A DNA stretch of 64,000 nt from Eledone cirrhosa (Eukaryota): NCBI GenBank assembly GCA_964016885.1, contig OZ024740.1, positions 157,232,001-157,296,000 on the forward strand. Direction: 5' to 3'. The stretch's first letter is position 1, and each line of letters begins with the position of its first letter. Shown here one piece after another: positions 38,546-61,555 of this stretch. The position numbers and the translations under genes are program-made. The notes beneath the pieces were generated by a model that saw nothing but the letters and a program-made list of their open reading frames with translations, did no database searches and had not been told where the DNA came from.

Positions 38546-41500
38546 TTAGAGAGAGAGAGATTATATGCACGTGGGAGACTATTTATTAAATTTAAGATGA
38601 ATACTATCTCCGACAGTAATGCCACAACTACAGTCATGTTGAATAAATGGTTATTCTTCTAACTACATCTTCTGAAGACACCTTTTATTCGAATTCGTAG
38701 CGATATCCGACTAAATACATAGTTCATTTTACAAGGATTTGCTACAAACAGCATGGCTGAGCACAACATCAACAACAAAATTAAGGAGGTATCGAAGACA
38801 ACCAACAAGAAAGGTAAACAAACTTTATTCAGTTGTAGCTACAGAAGAAACCGAAATTATAAATCGAATTTCTCTTGGAGTTGCGAACTTAATAATGATT
38901 TATTTAATTGTTATAAAATGGCAAAAATCAATCCCTCCATTGGCTATATGAACAGAATGAAGCTACACTGGGACGAAATACACCCAGAACTAAATTATTT
39001 CAAAGCGAAACAATTACGCCAACAAGCGACGTTTGTTGAACATAAAAATAAGATAAATAGTATTAATTGTAAGTCCCCCACAACAAACATGGGATCAACA
39101 ACACCTGCTACAGGTCGCCATGCTACTAGACTTCCTAGCAGCCAGGTCGAACAGCGCCTTGAAACAACTATGCCTGTAAGAAGCTTGACACCAGGTGTAC
39201 CATCTAAGTCTACCTCGAATGCTGGGGAAAACACTATCGGTAATAATAATAATCGAAGAAATAATAATAATAATCGAAGAAATTTGAGACCACATATACC
39301 ATCCAAGTCTACCTCGACGGTTGTGGAAAATACTATCGATAAGGATAATAATCAAAAGTATAAACAATGGAAAATTTCCCTCAACGAAATCTTCCAGAGA
39401 GAAATTAATTCATGTATAAATATCTCTCTTGCTGAACGTGTTAAAACGACAATGTTTAATAAAAAACCAAATAATGAAATATTACGTGTTATTGATGAAA
39501 TAGGGGATGAATATTTACGACGGATAAAAACTCCAACATTTTGGCAAATCAACGCCTGTTTATATGCCTTAGCAATGACAGTGAAGCATTATCTTGGTGA
39601 TAGCAGAGATATTAACAAGAACAAAACACCACCAAAAATACCATCATATATAACTAAAATAGAAAAAAAGATTGCTGACCTACGAAAAAGCATAGGATAT
39701 GTGACAATGCTCCTTACATGCAAACAAATACAAAAAAAAACGCACTTCTCACCAACAAAGAGTGAAAAATAAAATAGAGACGATGTTTGGTAACAGTAGA
39801 ACCAGAACTCTTCAATATAAGCTGATCACCCTCAAACAAGAATTGAGAGCTGTTAGCGAAAAACGCCGATACCTGAAGAAGGTAGATGAGAGAAAAGTGC
39901 TTAATAAAAGATTCAGACGAAACCAAACATCAGTTTATAGAGATATGAAGGGCAAAATAATAAGTGTCACTGAGGCCCCATCCCAGAAAGACATAAATTC
40001 CTTTTGGAGCAAAATATGGGGTGAAAAGAAGAATTTCAACCAAGATGCAGTATGACTGAGAGAAATCCGAAAGAACTATTGCTCCTACACTAGAACAAAA
40101 ACGTACCCTTGAGACTGTGATAGGAAAACTCCAAGATATGAAAACACAAGGAAGAGACATGATTGTCGGTTACTGGTACAAAATACTGATATTCTATCGG
40201 AGGTATCTTACTGACCTCTACCAACAAGTTCTTAAGGGAGATGCACTTATACCAGAATGGTTGACATTAGCACAAACATTACTGGTCCCCAAGAACAAAG
40301 ACACCCACTTGGCAAATAACTACCGACCCATTGCATGCCAGAACCTGATGTATGAGATGTATACAGCCTTCCTGAACCTATTCCTCCAAGATCACTGTGA
40401 AAATAATAACATAATCACAGATGAACAAGCAGCTGGAAAGAAAGGGGTTTGGGGATGTGCTGAACAACTCCTAATCAACAAAAGTGCGATGTCGGAGGTG
40501 CGACAACTTAGGAGGAATATGGCTACAGTCTGGCTGGACTACAGGAAAGCTTTCTATTCCACTCTTGGATGATAGCGGCCTTCCAGCTGTCTAACGTCCC
40601 AGACATTATTGTCAGAGCCATAGAGAGGCTGTCTTCTTATCCTAAGGTTAAAGACAGAGAGGGAAAACTCTATTTTCACTGATAAAATAAAATATTGCAG
40701 GGGTATATTTCAGGGGGACAGTCTCTCTGTGATATTATTCATCTTGTCATTAAACCCCTTGTCCTTTCTGCTCAAAAAATGAGGGATACATCATTGGCTC
40801 ACAGGAGGACAGAAATACGAACCTAACCCATAATTTCTTTATGGACGATCTGAAACTCTATGCCAAGAACACGGATGGGATGAAGAAAAATCTTGACCTA
40901 GTTACAACGTTCTCAAAGAATATAGTAATGGACTTTGGCCAAGATAAATGCTCATACATGACTGTAAAGCGGGGAAAAACAACAACCCAATCTAGCAACA
41001 TTGTCATCAATGGCCTAACTGTTTCACCGATATCTGATGAGGACTGCTTCAGATACCTGGGAATAGATGAGAACATATCCTATAATGGTATCTGTAATAA
41101 AGAACGCGTAACCAGGGAATACTACACCCGATTACGAAAGATCTGGTCATCGGAACTCTCTGCGTAAAACAAAACAGTGGCTCACAATGTGTTTTCTGTG
41201 CCTGTCCTAACACCAACGTTTGGACGATAGACGAAATCCGAGCAGTTGATGTTGGAACTCGAAAAATTCTAAACAACACCGGAAACTTCCACATCAACAG
41301 TGACATAGACCGCCTTTACTTGAAACGTAAGCAGGGAAGCAGAGGCCTAACATCAGTCCAGACAACATTTGAATGTCGCATATCTCTCCGACAACATCTA
41401 CGAACCTCGAAGCGTAGGAGCCTGTTTCTCGAGCAAGTCTATCTGCATGAAATAGATAAGATCATGAGAGTTGGGAAGGAACTCCTCGGGAGATATTCCC

Positions 41501-42602
41501 TGTTTGATAATCAAAAACTCACACCCAGGGAAGTCGCTCAGCAGTATCGCAGTGAATCCATGGATGGAATACTGCATGCTTATCAGCAAAAAATCTTGCC
41601 AGGAAGCTCCAGAGTGAGAGTAATAAAGATAAGGAAAGTAATCTATCTTGGACCAACAACCGCTATATTGGCTCCTGCTTTGAAGGATACGCTTTTGCAA
41701 TCCAAGAACAGGAGATTAACACGAAATACCTGAAGCATAAAAGAGATAGGGATGCAGGCAAAACACATAGATGTGATAATAAGTGTAGAACTAACATCGA
41801 GGATATCACCCATGTCATCAGCAGCTGTTCAAAGATGTCATCGCGGTACTATCTACTTATGAGGCATGATGTAGTGGCCAAAACACTGTACAATGCAGTT
41901 CGTAAAAAAGATAGCCCCGATAATAAACACATTAAAAGCTACAGCAATGTGGAAGACATCCATGTACATAATATGAAAGAGTGCTGGTGGAATGTTCCAG
42001 TAAAAACCCCAACAAAATGCAGGCATAACAGACCAGATATTATGATATGGGACTGGGTGAAGAAAGCATGCACAGTAATGGAAATTAGCTGCCCAGCAGA
42101 TGCCAATATAATATCAAAGATTAGCGAAAAGGAGAATATTTATGCAGAACTGATGAGAAATCTGGAGATACTTCACCCTGATTACACCTTCAGATTTATG
42201 CCTGTGATTATTGGGGCACTGGGGTATGTTAGTAACTGCCTCAATACAAATATTGAGAAGCTAGGCTTCACAGGAACAGAAAGAACACAACTAGTTAGGA
42301 AATTACAAATACAATCCATTAATGGAACAGTAAAAATATGTAAAACATGCCAAAAATGTTGCATCTAATAACTGCATATACACATATACAGATGCAAAGC
42401 ATATACACATGCACACATACAACTCAAAACATCCACATCCACACATACAATAACATCCATAGCTACACATGCATGCATACATACATACATACCTACCTAG
42501 TTGATGTTGTGTAAATTCCAATGAGAGAGTTTTGTGTCTATGTTAGAAACTGACTCTCTCTCTCTATTGGTAAAACTTTGTGAAATTATAAAACCAGAAG
42601 AA
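38545..42602 (+). mobile_element. R4/Dong-like non-LTR retrotransposon (RT + restriction-like endonuclease), near full length, pseudogenised
   Basis: Fragments 38753-42368: GYMNRMKLHWDEIHP, NYRPIACQNLMY, WLDYRKAF, GIFQGDSLS, FMDDLKLY, RHD, RPDIMIWD, EISCP, K..Y; several stops and frameshifts; 3' end joins (CATA)n. Confidence 0.88.
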
Positions 42603-42940
42603 CATACATACATACATACTGATGTTCACTTATGCGCAGAAATTAAAAGAAAGGAAAACGAGAAGCCTCCACTCATCTCATCACATATTTTGCAGGTATT
42701 TTCGTCTTGGACTAGTAAATAACTTTATCTAGCAACTTCTTGATATTTTCATTTCCGGCGTCGGTTGAAATGTGTTTGCAACAAAATCAGTCATCTGTTG
42801 GAGTAATGTGGGCGTTTCTATATTTGTACAAAGTAACGCGTTGTGCCTGACATCTTCCATTTGGTATGCTAATGTGATTCATTCGTACATATAAAGTTTT
42901 ATACATTCCCACCACATACAAATATATATATACGTATGTA

Positions 42941-43043
<103 letters not shown>

Positions 43044-43427
43044 CAATGATATTAATAAATGGAAACTATATTTATAAAACCATATTTATTCTATTATACA
43101 TACGTATTTCAAGGGTACCAACATTTTTGTACGCTCTCATCAGATAAAATACAAAGTTTGTTTTATAAATATTGACATATCCAGGAATGAGACCTTAACA
43201 TTTCATGTTTCACCTGGATAGTTCTAAAACAAACTTTGTATTTTATCTGATGGGAGCTTACCAAAGTTTTGGTACTCTTGAAATATGTATAATAGAATAA
43301 ATAAGGTTTTATAAATATAGTTTCCATTTATTAATATCATTGATATTATATTCCAGAAAATTATCGAGTGCTTCGAATCTGTTATAAATATATTTGTTGA
43401 ATTACCAACAAATTAAATATCCCTTTG

Positions 43428-43462
<35 letters not shown>

Positions 43463-43528
43463 GACGTAAAATAAGAAAATATTTTTTTAAAAAAATTTAA
43501 AAAAAATTTTTTTCTTACTTAAATTTTC

Positions 43529-43610
43529 ACTCCAACTAATTAGTTTCTGCAATGGGATAAAGACAGTTACGTAATCCAACTGTCGAGAATTCATTGCGTC
43601 ATCAGGAAGT
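43529..43610 (-). ncRNA. Type I hammerhead ribozyme
   Basis: Reverse strand: acttc-CTGATGA-cgcaatg...gacagtt...aactgtc...cattgca-GAAAC-TAATTA-GTT-ggagt. Confidence 0.85.
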
Positions 43611-43838
43611 CTATTCTCAGTTAAGTCTCCAGGCAATGCGCGGACACTGGCGGCTCATATAAAAATAATAATAATTCGGTAGATCGAACAGCTTGCGAGG
43701 ACTGGATTCTATGTACCGAAATTCTCACTGCTTCAAGTCAGATGGCCGATTCTAAAGAATCAATCACGTGACATAACCTGTGTATTTGCTGGCATGGGCG
43801 TGCATCTGTGCGCTTATGTTAGTTGATATATTAAATTA

Positions 43839-43888
<50 letters not shown>

Positions 43889-44060
43889 CAGAAGGGATAT
43901 TCAATTTGTTGGTAATTCAACAAATATAAATGTTTATAACTTATTCAGAGCACTCGACAAGTTTTCTGGAGTATAATATTCAATGATATTAAATCCAATG
44001 AAAACTTGAACCGTTAAGGTATTTTCCTTGGTTATGTCAAAATTTATAAAACACACTTCG

Positions 44061-44121
44061 TATTTTATCTGATGATAGCGTACCAAGGTTTTGGTACCCT
44101 TGAAATATATATAATAGAATA
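44061..44121 (+). ncRNA. Type I hammerhead ribozyme (same broad family as 3778, 43089-43299, 46395)
   Basis: tattttat-CTGATGA-...gtacca...tggtac...-GAAA-TATATA-TA-atagaata. Confidence 0.82.
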
Positions 44122-44162
44122 AATATGGTTTTATAAATATAGTTTCAATTTATTTAATATCA

Positions 44163-44223
<61 letters not shown>

Positions 44224-44697
44224 ACGGCGATGAATTTGTTTTGCGAGGTTTTTGATATGAAATCGTGTGTCGAAACAAATATTGTTATACTGGGGGGGGG
44301 GGGGGGGGGGCTCATATTGTTATAATAATATTGCCAGAATTAATAACAGAACACACTCACTGTTTGGTTGGTTTTCGCTTCTGTATCTTTTATATCAGTT
44401 AATTTATTCGGTCCTCAATGTTTACCATTGACTGACCAACGGTCAAAAATACAGATATGATATAGACACAAACACATATATATAGTCGAACAAAGTTCTT
44501 TTGTTGCACACCTGCAACATCGTCAGTGGTGCTATTATGTTTCCTCCTGTTGTATTGTATGTCTACGCCATCTTTAAAAGATACAGAAGCGAAAACCAAC
44601 CAAACAGTGAGTGTCTTCTGTTATTAATTCTGGCAATATTATTATAATTATATGACCCTCCCCAAGTATAACAATATATACACATAAATATCCAAGA

Positions 44698-44797
<100 letters not shown>

Positions 44798-45433
44798 TAT
44801 TATTATCAATATTATTATTATTAAATATTAAGTGGTAAAAAAAACAGGTATTCCTATAAAATCCCTAATTAGCAAAACATATCCTTTCGAGAAAAACCCC
44901 TTCAATGATAGAAAAGGTATACTCTGCAGATTAAGCCGACAATCCAAGGTCTTCAGCCGTCGAGATGGACTGCTGGCAGTTTCGATCCCCACGGACGGTA
45001 CTATTTGTTCACCAGATGTCACAGCGTCTGCAACACCCCAAAGCGCTGTCCATGGATTAAGAAACGAGACAAAACAATAACTTATAGAAATTAAGCCATA
45101 ACATATACACATAATTTTATATGACGACTAGAAGGTATTGCGTTTTTTATAGCAACGAAAGTTCTTTCTATCATGGATTAGCCAGAGAAAATGTTTTGAG
45201 CCCATAACCCTTCACTGAAGCACTTATCATCAGATATATATATATATATATATATATAGGAACCAGTAAGACCCCGACAGCTGAGCTCAAGCCGTTTCGA
45301 CGGCTTTAGCCGTCGAAACGGCTTGAGCTCAGCTGTCGGGGTCTTAGTGGTTCCTATTACCCACTCTACTACCTCAAGTATTGAGTACTTTGGTGCGTTA
45401 TGGTCCACCTGGTTCCTTACCACATTTCCTTCG

Positions 45434-45507
<74 letters not shown>

Positions 45508-45778
45508 TATAAAGTTAACGAAAAATCAGTGATGCATCTGGACTTAATTTATTGTGTGTTACAATTGTTTCGCCGGAAGGTAGCTCGTTTCCTTTATACT
45601 ATCTACACTCTACTCTGCTGAATATCGAGTGCTAATTTTGGCATACCGCCTATGAAAGCACCATAGCTACCATTATACACAACTATATATATATATGAAT
45701 TTTTATATATATATATATGAATTTTTATTTCATTCTTTTAACTTATATCATGACTCTGTTATATATATATAACAGCAG

Positions 45779-45864
45779 AGGTCTGACGAGCTTTTGATTC
45801 CAGAGTCGTGCCAGATCGATACTGATCGAATCTTGGGCTGATCAATAGCGAAACGCGCGTCACC
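45779..45864 (+). ncRNA. Type I hammerhead ribozyme
   Basis: ggt-CTGACGA-gcttttgat...atcaatagc-GAAAC-GCGC-GTC-acc: intact core, 8/9-bp stem II base, palindromic loop III, stem I ggt/acc. Confidence 0.9.
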
Positions 45865-46004
45865 AATCAATAATGAAGGCTTAACAAATCGTCCTTGTAT
45901 TATTATACTACACTCTGTCTAGCTCTACACCTCGCCACTGACGTGAACCTAAACATCGAGTGCTCACCTGGGTGAACCTACAGTAACTTCACGTTACACT
46001 CCCT

Positions 46005-46060
<56 letters not shown>

Positions 46061-46212
46061 GTAGGTCCCGGGTTGAGTCGGGGATAACCACAGTAAGTAA
46101 GGTACTCAATACATGGCAGAGTAAAGTTTTTTTTATTTTATAGAAGGAGCTTCTACAGGACTAGTACTGTTTCATTCAGATGAAATCTTCAGGAAGCCCA
46201 TATATATATATA

Positions 46213-46268
<56 letters not shown>

Positions 46269-46394
46269 ATATATAATATAATATATATAATATAATAATA
46301 TATATATATAATTAAAAGTTTATCAAGGTTCAATGAATTAATCAATGAATAAATTATAACCATCAACATAGTCAAGGTATGTCAGGCATCAACT

Positions 46395-46460
46395 TATTTT
46401 ATCTGATGAGGACGTACTGTTGAAATAGCTCAGTACCTCTGAAATATGTATAATAAAATA
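46395..46460 (+). ncRNA. Type I hammerhead ribozyme
   Basis: tattttat-CTGATGA-...gtactg...cagtac...-GAAA-TATGTA-TA-ataaaata; perfect 8-bp stem I. Confidence 0.85.
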
Positions 46461-46502
46461 TATTTGATCACATGAATGTCTATATTTATTAATATTTTGA
46501 AG

Positions 46503-46553
<51 letters not shown>

Positions 46554-46634
46554 GATAAGCAGAACAAGTAAAATTCAATCAATTTTTTAAAATACATTAA
46601 AAAATATAATATAAATATTTACCTCTCCTAGTGG

Positions 46635-46714
46635 CCCTTACTGGTCAGTTTCGCTTTGTAAAACCTCATAAATCCGATGGATTTATGATGGAAAACCAAA
46701 GCTCATCAGAGAAG
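46635..46714 (-). ncRNA. Type I hammerhead ribozyme
   Basis: Reverse strand: ttct-CTGATGA-gctttg...tcataaatcc(atc)ggatttatga...caaagc-GAAACTG-AC-CAGTA-aggg. Confidence 0.87.
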
Positions 46715-46822
46715 CATTTTCCCTTCCTAGGGCTAAACGTCCCAGGAACGACAAAATATATAACCTCCTGCCAGCAAATAAAGGTCTGAAAGGTCGTAAA
46801 AGTGACCCGTATGTAAACTGGA

Positions 46823-46858
<36 letters not shown>

Positions 46859-46861
<3 letters not shown>

Positions 46862-47815
46862 ACTCTCGACCTAGATACTTCCCTCTATTACCCGTACCAC
46901 AAACCTAACGAGTCCCTTAGATATATTAATGTTAATTCTAACCACCCCAAAAACATCATTGATAACTTAGTAAAAAGAATCTCTGGCCTCTCTGCCAATG
47001 AAGATATTTTTAACGCCTCTGCCTCCTACTTCAATGACGCCCTCGCCCGCAGTGGATTTAAAGAAAAGATAACCTACCTAGAAACCACCGCAAGGCTGCA
47101 GAGGAGGAATAGGCATAGGCAGATTAGCTGGTACAACCCTCCCTTCAATAGAGAGGTCTCTACACCTATAGCTAGGATTTTCTTCACTTTGCTGAAAACA
47201 CACTTCCCCATACAACATAGGTACTACACCATCTTTAATAAGAACACAATAAGACTCTCCTACTCCACCACACCTAACCTAGATAGGAATATAGCCAATC
47301 ACAATTCTAAAAAATTAAATAAGCCAACCACCTCCGAACCCAATCCCCGGACTGGGGCCTTGTGTAATTGCCTAAATAAGGAAGCCTGCCCACTTGAAAA
47401 CAAATGCCTGACAAATGATTTCGTATACAAATGGAATGTCATTTCAGGCACCGATAATTGCGACAACAAAAAGACTTACATCGGCATGACTTCCAATAAC
47501 TTTAAGACCCGTTGGTATGCCCATACCCACTCCTTTAGAGGACCAGACAAATCAAACCAGACAACACTCGCCTCCTATCTTTGGGACCTCAAAAGGAACT
47601 CCACCACCTTCACGCTTAAATGGAAAATACTCCAGCAAGCGCGCTCTTACAACGAAGGACACAAGGGCTGCGACCTTTGTATCTCAGAGAGCTACGAAAT
47701 TTTATTCGCCAAGGGCCCGCTACTAAACAAACTCTCTGAACACTGCCCGAACTACATGTACAAAAACTTTGCAACTTTCAAATACCTTAAGCCAATGTTA
47801 ATGCCTGATGGCTAA
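46859..47815 (+). CDS. Penelope-like element: RT thumb + GIY-YIG endonuclease, 5'-truncated, open frame (Hydra-clade-like)
   Basis: Frame is open from 46859 (VTLDL..YPYHKPNE..YINVNSNHP..WYNPPF) into the tracked ORF; CNCLNKEAC (CxCx5C), FVY...TYIGMT..FKTRWYAH, LKW, CDLCISE; 5' end abuts (TA)n. Confidence 0.88.
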
Positions 47816-48049
47816 AAACGACTTCCCCCTTTTAGCCCCTCTACCTCCTTCCCACCCCACCCCCACCCCTCCTCAACCTGAAATACGGCCACTATGGTTA
47901 TGTGAGTACCTCTTACCTATCTGCATTTTCTGCTTGTAGAGCTGTTTTTATGTGCCTGTGTATATGCGTATATTTATGAGTACTTATTTGTATGCATTTG
48001 TATGAGCGGCCGTATGCATATCGCTGTGTGTAGGTGCGTTCACTTGTCC

Positions 48050-56033
<7,984 letters not shown>

Positions 56034-56039
56034 CATATA

Positions 56040-56088
<49 letters not shown>

Positions 56089-56271
56089 ATATATGTGTGT
56101 GTATATGTATATATATGTATATGTATGTATATATGTATGTGTGTGTGTATATGTGTGTATATGTGTGTGTATGTGTATATATATATATATGTGTGTATAT
56201 ATATATATATGTGTGTATGTATATATATGTGTGTATGTATATATATGTGTGTATGTATATATAAGTATATA

Positions 56272-56312
<41 letters not shown>

Positions 56313-56361
56313 GTGTGTGTGTGTATATATATATATGTGTGTATGTGTGTATATGTATGTG

Positions 56362-56392
<31 letters not shown>

Positions 56393-56899
56393 GTATGTAT
56401 ATGTATATAGATATGTGGGGGGGGTACGTGTGTGTGTGTGAGTGTGTATGTTCTTGTGAATGTGTCTGTCGACACCTGGAATATAGCTTAAGAGAAACTT
56501 GAAGATAGTGATATGATAGGCACCCAATATTTTGAACTGGTTTATAGAATTCTCTTGGCCTTTGTCACTCTAAGTAGAACTTTAAAGAATTAGCTTTTAA
56601 AGAAGTTCCCTTTTCTTTAAATCTATCAACCATGACCGACCCCCAACGAGCTTATACACACCTGAAATATAGGCATTGTTAGCTTAAGAGAAACTTAAAA
56701 ATAAGGAGTGGCACTCCATTCTGTACATGTTTATAGAATTCTTCTGCCTTTGTCACTCTAATTATAAATTATAGCTTTAAAGAATTAGCTTTTAATGAAT
56801 TCCCTATTCTATCAAGCAATGACCTCCACCCATCCCACTCCCCGCCCTCTCCTACCACCAGAAAAGACCTATAAATACCACATTTATTTTTGGATAGCC

Positions 56900-56950
56900 A
56901 GATTCCTGATGATTTCTAAAGAATGAAACAGTTCTAGTCCTGTAGAATCT
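56900..56950 (+). ncRNA. Type I hammerhead ribozyme; family members at 46149-46197 (-) and 49874-49921 (+)
   Basis: agattc-CTGATGA-tttctaaagaat-GAAACAG-ttctagtc-CTGTA-gaatct; the 46149 copy has stem I gcttc/gaagc (compensatory change). Confidence 0.82.
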
Positions 56951-56962
56951 CATCTATATTAA

Positions 56963-57000
<38 letters not shown>

Positions 57001-57599
57001 TTCAATCCGACGCTCTAACGACTTTGCCAAATCGCCACATTGTGCACCCGTGTAGGAAGAAAACAAGATAATGACCGGCACTAGCACCACTACGATGACC
57101 ATCGCACAAACAACAACAACCAACACTATCAGCACCAAACACCACCACCACCTCAGAACCAATAACAATCATCCCTACCACCACAATCATCACTATCATG
57201 ACGACAATGACCACCACCACCACCACCACCATAGCTTCCCCACTAACAATGACAACAATTATCACTACCAACACCAACATAAACACCATCACCATCAACA
57301 CTATTACCAACAACAACACCAACACCGCCTCCATCATCACAATCACCACGACGACGACCACCACTATCACAACCATCACCAACAACAACAACAACAACAA
57401 CAATAACAACAACAACAACAAAAACAACAACAATAACAATACCTGCATCATCACAATCGCCACCACCACCACCACCACCATTATCTGTACACACATACAC
57501 ATATATATATACACACATACACATATATATATACATACACATACATGCATACATACATGCATATAGACAGGCATATACGTATGTTCATACATTTATACA

Positions 57600-57995
57600 T
57601 GCATTGATGGCAGCTACCTCACGTTCGAGTGAAGCTATTGCTTGAAATTTTCAAACACGCTTCAGTATGTGTGTTGCACGGATGTGACTTTTTAGGCCAG
57701 CAAGGCTCCTACATTTTCTGGCATAGATGTTACAGACATGGCTTTTGGCAACAAGAACCGATGGCTGGTTGCTTTATACTTTCATGCGCTGCCTGAGGCC
57801 TCTTGCTGATTGGCAGGCTCTACCACATTGATATGGCTCCTTTTGTGACCCTTTAATCCAGCTTTGCCGAGGCAGGCTCTCCCACACTCATTACATGTCA
57901 GTTCTCCTTGGTCACCCACGCTTCCTGGCAATTCTACTTTTAAGCTTTTCTTTGTTTCCCTTTTTAACCTTTCGTAATTTATTCGGGCCGTTTCA
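57600..57995 (-). mobile_element. 3' end of an RTE-like LINE (C2H2 finger)
   Basis: FETARINYERLKR...CNECGRACLGKAGLKGHKRSH, followed by a 3' terminus (...gaggtagctgccatcaatg) resembling that of the 29458 units. Confidence 0.65.
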
Positions 57996-59508
57996 AAGTG
58001 TGTATATATATATAGGCATGTGCATATATTTATAATATAAATTTTATATATACATGATGATTTTGGCTGCGACTTGATTTCAAGTAATGCCATCGCTTGA
58101 TACTTAAGCACGAGAATAATGGATGTGGCTTTTTAATCCTGCTAGGGACTTATCTATGGCCAGTAATGCCATACATCGCAAAAATGTCAGATATCAAGCA
58201 ATGCTTGTGCTTGAAAATTTTTTAAGCGAGCAAAGGCTTTGCACGGAGCCAATCCCACTCTCTGAGAATCAAAACAGAAGAACATACATACATACATACA
58301 TACATACATACATACATACATACATACATACATACATACATGATGGCTGCCCCTTCGTTATCGAGTATGGCCATTGCACGATATACCATTATTAATAATT
58401 ATTAATTAATTCTATCGTGCAGTGCCTATGCATGAAGATATTTTTTAAAGTGAGGAAAGACTGCACTGCGCCAATCCCACTCTCTGAGCGACAGTAGCTA
58501 TAACCCGAAAAGAAGAAAATATCAACATCATCGGTAACTACTGAGCCGCAGGTTTTATATCAGAGTTATCCCAGTTTCCTGAGTTGCCTTCTCCTAGAAG
58601 AATGCCCTGACAAAGGCTAGGGGTCCTTCACTCCCAGTGGTTTAACCGCGCGATCGGGTGTCCTGCCCGACTATTTCTATGTTCCCGCGCATATACACAC
58701 ACATGCGCCCATGTACATACATACATACATACATACATACATACATACATACATACATACATACATACATACATACATACATACATACATACATACACCC
58801 ACACTACATATTTCAAGCGCGATAAATATAGTACCAGTCCAGAAATTGATGCTTTGATGACTTTGACCCATATAATATTCACCAGAGCCATCGAAGGAAG
58901 CTTCTACGTGGTTAATTTGCTTGTAAGAAACAGCAGAAGAATTATTTTAAATCCTGGCTGCTTTAAACTTATGAAGTTCTAGCGATACAAAATGTTAGTT
59001 TGATCATGAGTGAAACACTTTTGATCATTGATTTCTGACAGACATCAGCAGCTGTGGCAGAATTCGTAGCTCCACCACCACTAGATTGTTTATATTCTAT
59101 GCTGATTGAAGTTTGAAACCTTAGGTAGCATGCATTTGTGTTGAGATGTTATTCATATTTATATATAAGTACCAGTTAAGTATTTTGGTTGATATTATAG
59201 ACGTAGGTATAGATGAGTGATTAAGAATTCCCTATTGTGTCCACTCAAACTGAATGAAAAAGAGTAGACGAAAATTGTATGGGGAGCCGTTGGATGGATT
59301 TGTAATTCAAAGATCCGATCTTGTCACATATCGTGTCATGCTAAATCTATCTGATAATTATGTACACGTCTATGGAATACTCAGCAACTTACACATTAAT
59401 TAATTTAACGATGAGTTGAACATTCAGTTGATCGAACAACTGAATGTTCACTGCCGAAACTGACCGAGGACCCATCACAATAGACTATACTCTCCCCTTA
59501 AAATGTAT

Positions 59509-59693
59509 GAGATTTGTCAACCTCTAAAAACCCAAATGTGGAGTACCATGAAAGAAAGGGACCCAAAACGGGGAGAAATGAGGCAAAATGAAGAGATGTT
59601 ACATAATGAAAGCTATACCCATTTTTACATCTCCCACCCACTTCAAAGTGGGTGGGAGATGTCCCCGTCAGACGGGAAGAGTTGAAAGGTCTG
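59509..59693. mobile_element. Short TIR element (MITE-like); a second 5' fragment lies at 60390-60445
   Basis: Right end gttgaaaggtctg is a near reverse complement of cagacctgccaac, which begins the 60390 copy; both copies share ...ggagtaccatgaaa. Confidence 0.5.
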
Positions 59694-61555
59694 ATATATG
59701 AACCTGTGTAAGAAACCATTATTCAGATTTATGTTGTTGAGACCTTTACTACTTGAAGTCCAGTAAGCCTTTTTTTATATTCCGTGAACGATCAAATAAA
59801 TATTAATTAAGAAGTGAAGTTGATTTAATTGACATTTCCACAAAATTTCTGGGTTTCTACATGTAATAGAAATCCTAATTATGACTAACGTTATTATATA
59901 TTCAGTGGAGGGCGGTAGAATGACAGGACCGGTAGAGCGTCGGACAAAATGTTTTGTCGTATTTATTTACGGCACTTCAAATCCCGCTCAAATCAACTTC
60001 ACCTCTCATCCGAGTCGATAAAATAGAGTACCAACCAAGTACTGGGGTCGATATAATCGACTTTCCCCTCCTCCAAAGTTGCCGGGTTTGTGCCTAAATT
60101 AGAAACCATTATGTTCTGTGAAATATTAGGAATTGTGAACGAAGGTAAAGATATGTATTTCAGAAGATTGCTTCACAACCATGAAATGCCGTGTTCGATC
60201 CCAAACGTCTTTTACCATAGGCCATGGGTCGACCGATACCTTGTGAGTGACACTGGATAGACGAACACTGTATGGAAACCCATCAGAGGCATGATACCTG
60301 TAATTCAAAAGTCTGACTTTTTCATATAATGTAACGCTGATTGGTTCTGAGAATTAAGTTAAAGGTACATACAATTATCTGCAGAATCTCAGACCTGCCA
60401 ACCCTTAAAAAGCCAAACGGGGAGTACCATGAAAAAAAGTTCGGGGATGAAAGGCAAAGTTAACATCAAATCCCGTCGAGGTTAACTTTGCCTTTCATCT
60501 TACGGGATCGATAAAATAAAGTACCAGTAATGTACTGGTGCCAAAAGTAGAAACAATTATTAAATCAGAGTCTCGGCCCTAATGCTTGCAAGAGTGAGGA
60601 CTCAGCTAAAAGAATCCAAAGGTATATTTGTGATGTTAAAACAGGCATTGAATTATATGTACCACCCAAGTAAACAACGGTGTAATTTGTACTCCAGCCG
60701 TAGAAATCCGGAACAAATACTGCAGTGCATCCTATTCAGCTCTTTAATGACTCCACCTATAGATAGACATTTTGTTTATTGACACTGGAGTGGGCAAACC
60801 TCGGAGACATTTAAACTCAGAAAGTAAGAAGTTAGAATAAATACATCATTACATGTCCGACGCTCTGTTTCTGTCAATTCACCAACTGTGAAAGATACAG
60901 TTCACCTTTATTTGTTTATATCGCCTAGTTAGGAGGAAAGATAATGCCTATGATATTTTTTCATGGATCTCCAGTATTGGTAGGAAGAAGAAAGAAGGGA
61001 AGAAGGTATCCTTAAACTGAAGACCTTGCCCGAATGATTGCAACAGAAGGGATCCCGCTAAAGGCACCTAAGGACAGGATAGTGATATTAAAACAGAGTT
61101 CCCAGTTGGCTAAAATCTTCCGCTTATCTACCTCCTGAGTTCAAATCCTACCGGCATTAACTTCATATTTCATTCATCTGGGTCGCTAAAACACAGTACC
61201 AGTCAAGTACTGGGTTGATGAAATTTTCTTACCCCTTTCCTCTAAATAATTTCTGATCGTGTAAGTAAATAAGTACCCTCGTAATCATGCAGTATTATGC
61301 ATGATTATGAGGGCAGTAGATTGGTAGAGTCATTAGAATGTCAGAGAAATGTTTAACTGTATTTGTCCTGGCTCTTTGCATTCTGAGTTCAAATCCCAAC
61401 GAGGTCAGCTCCACCTTCCATCCTTCCGCGATCAATAAAATAAAGTACTGGTTAAGTACTGAGGTTGATGTAATTGACTTTCCTCTCCCCAAAATTTCTG
61501 ACCTTGTGCCTAAATTGGAAATCAATGTTATATGTTATTATTTATGTCTTTACAG

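Noticed and set aside
57002-57592. His/Gln/Asn/Thr-rich and poly-Val/Leu ORFs
   Set aside because: Degenerate (CAA/CAC)n low-complexity tract, open in many frames, with no splice support.
61338-61555. N-terminal part of the 139-aa ORF containing the GPCR exon
   Set aside because: It is a SINE copy upstream of the splice acceptor; only 61556-61694 is exon-like.
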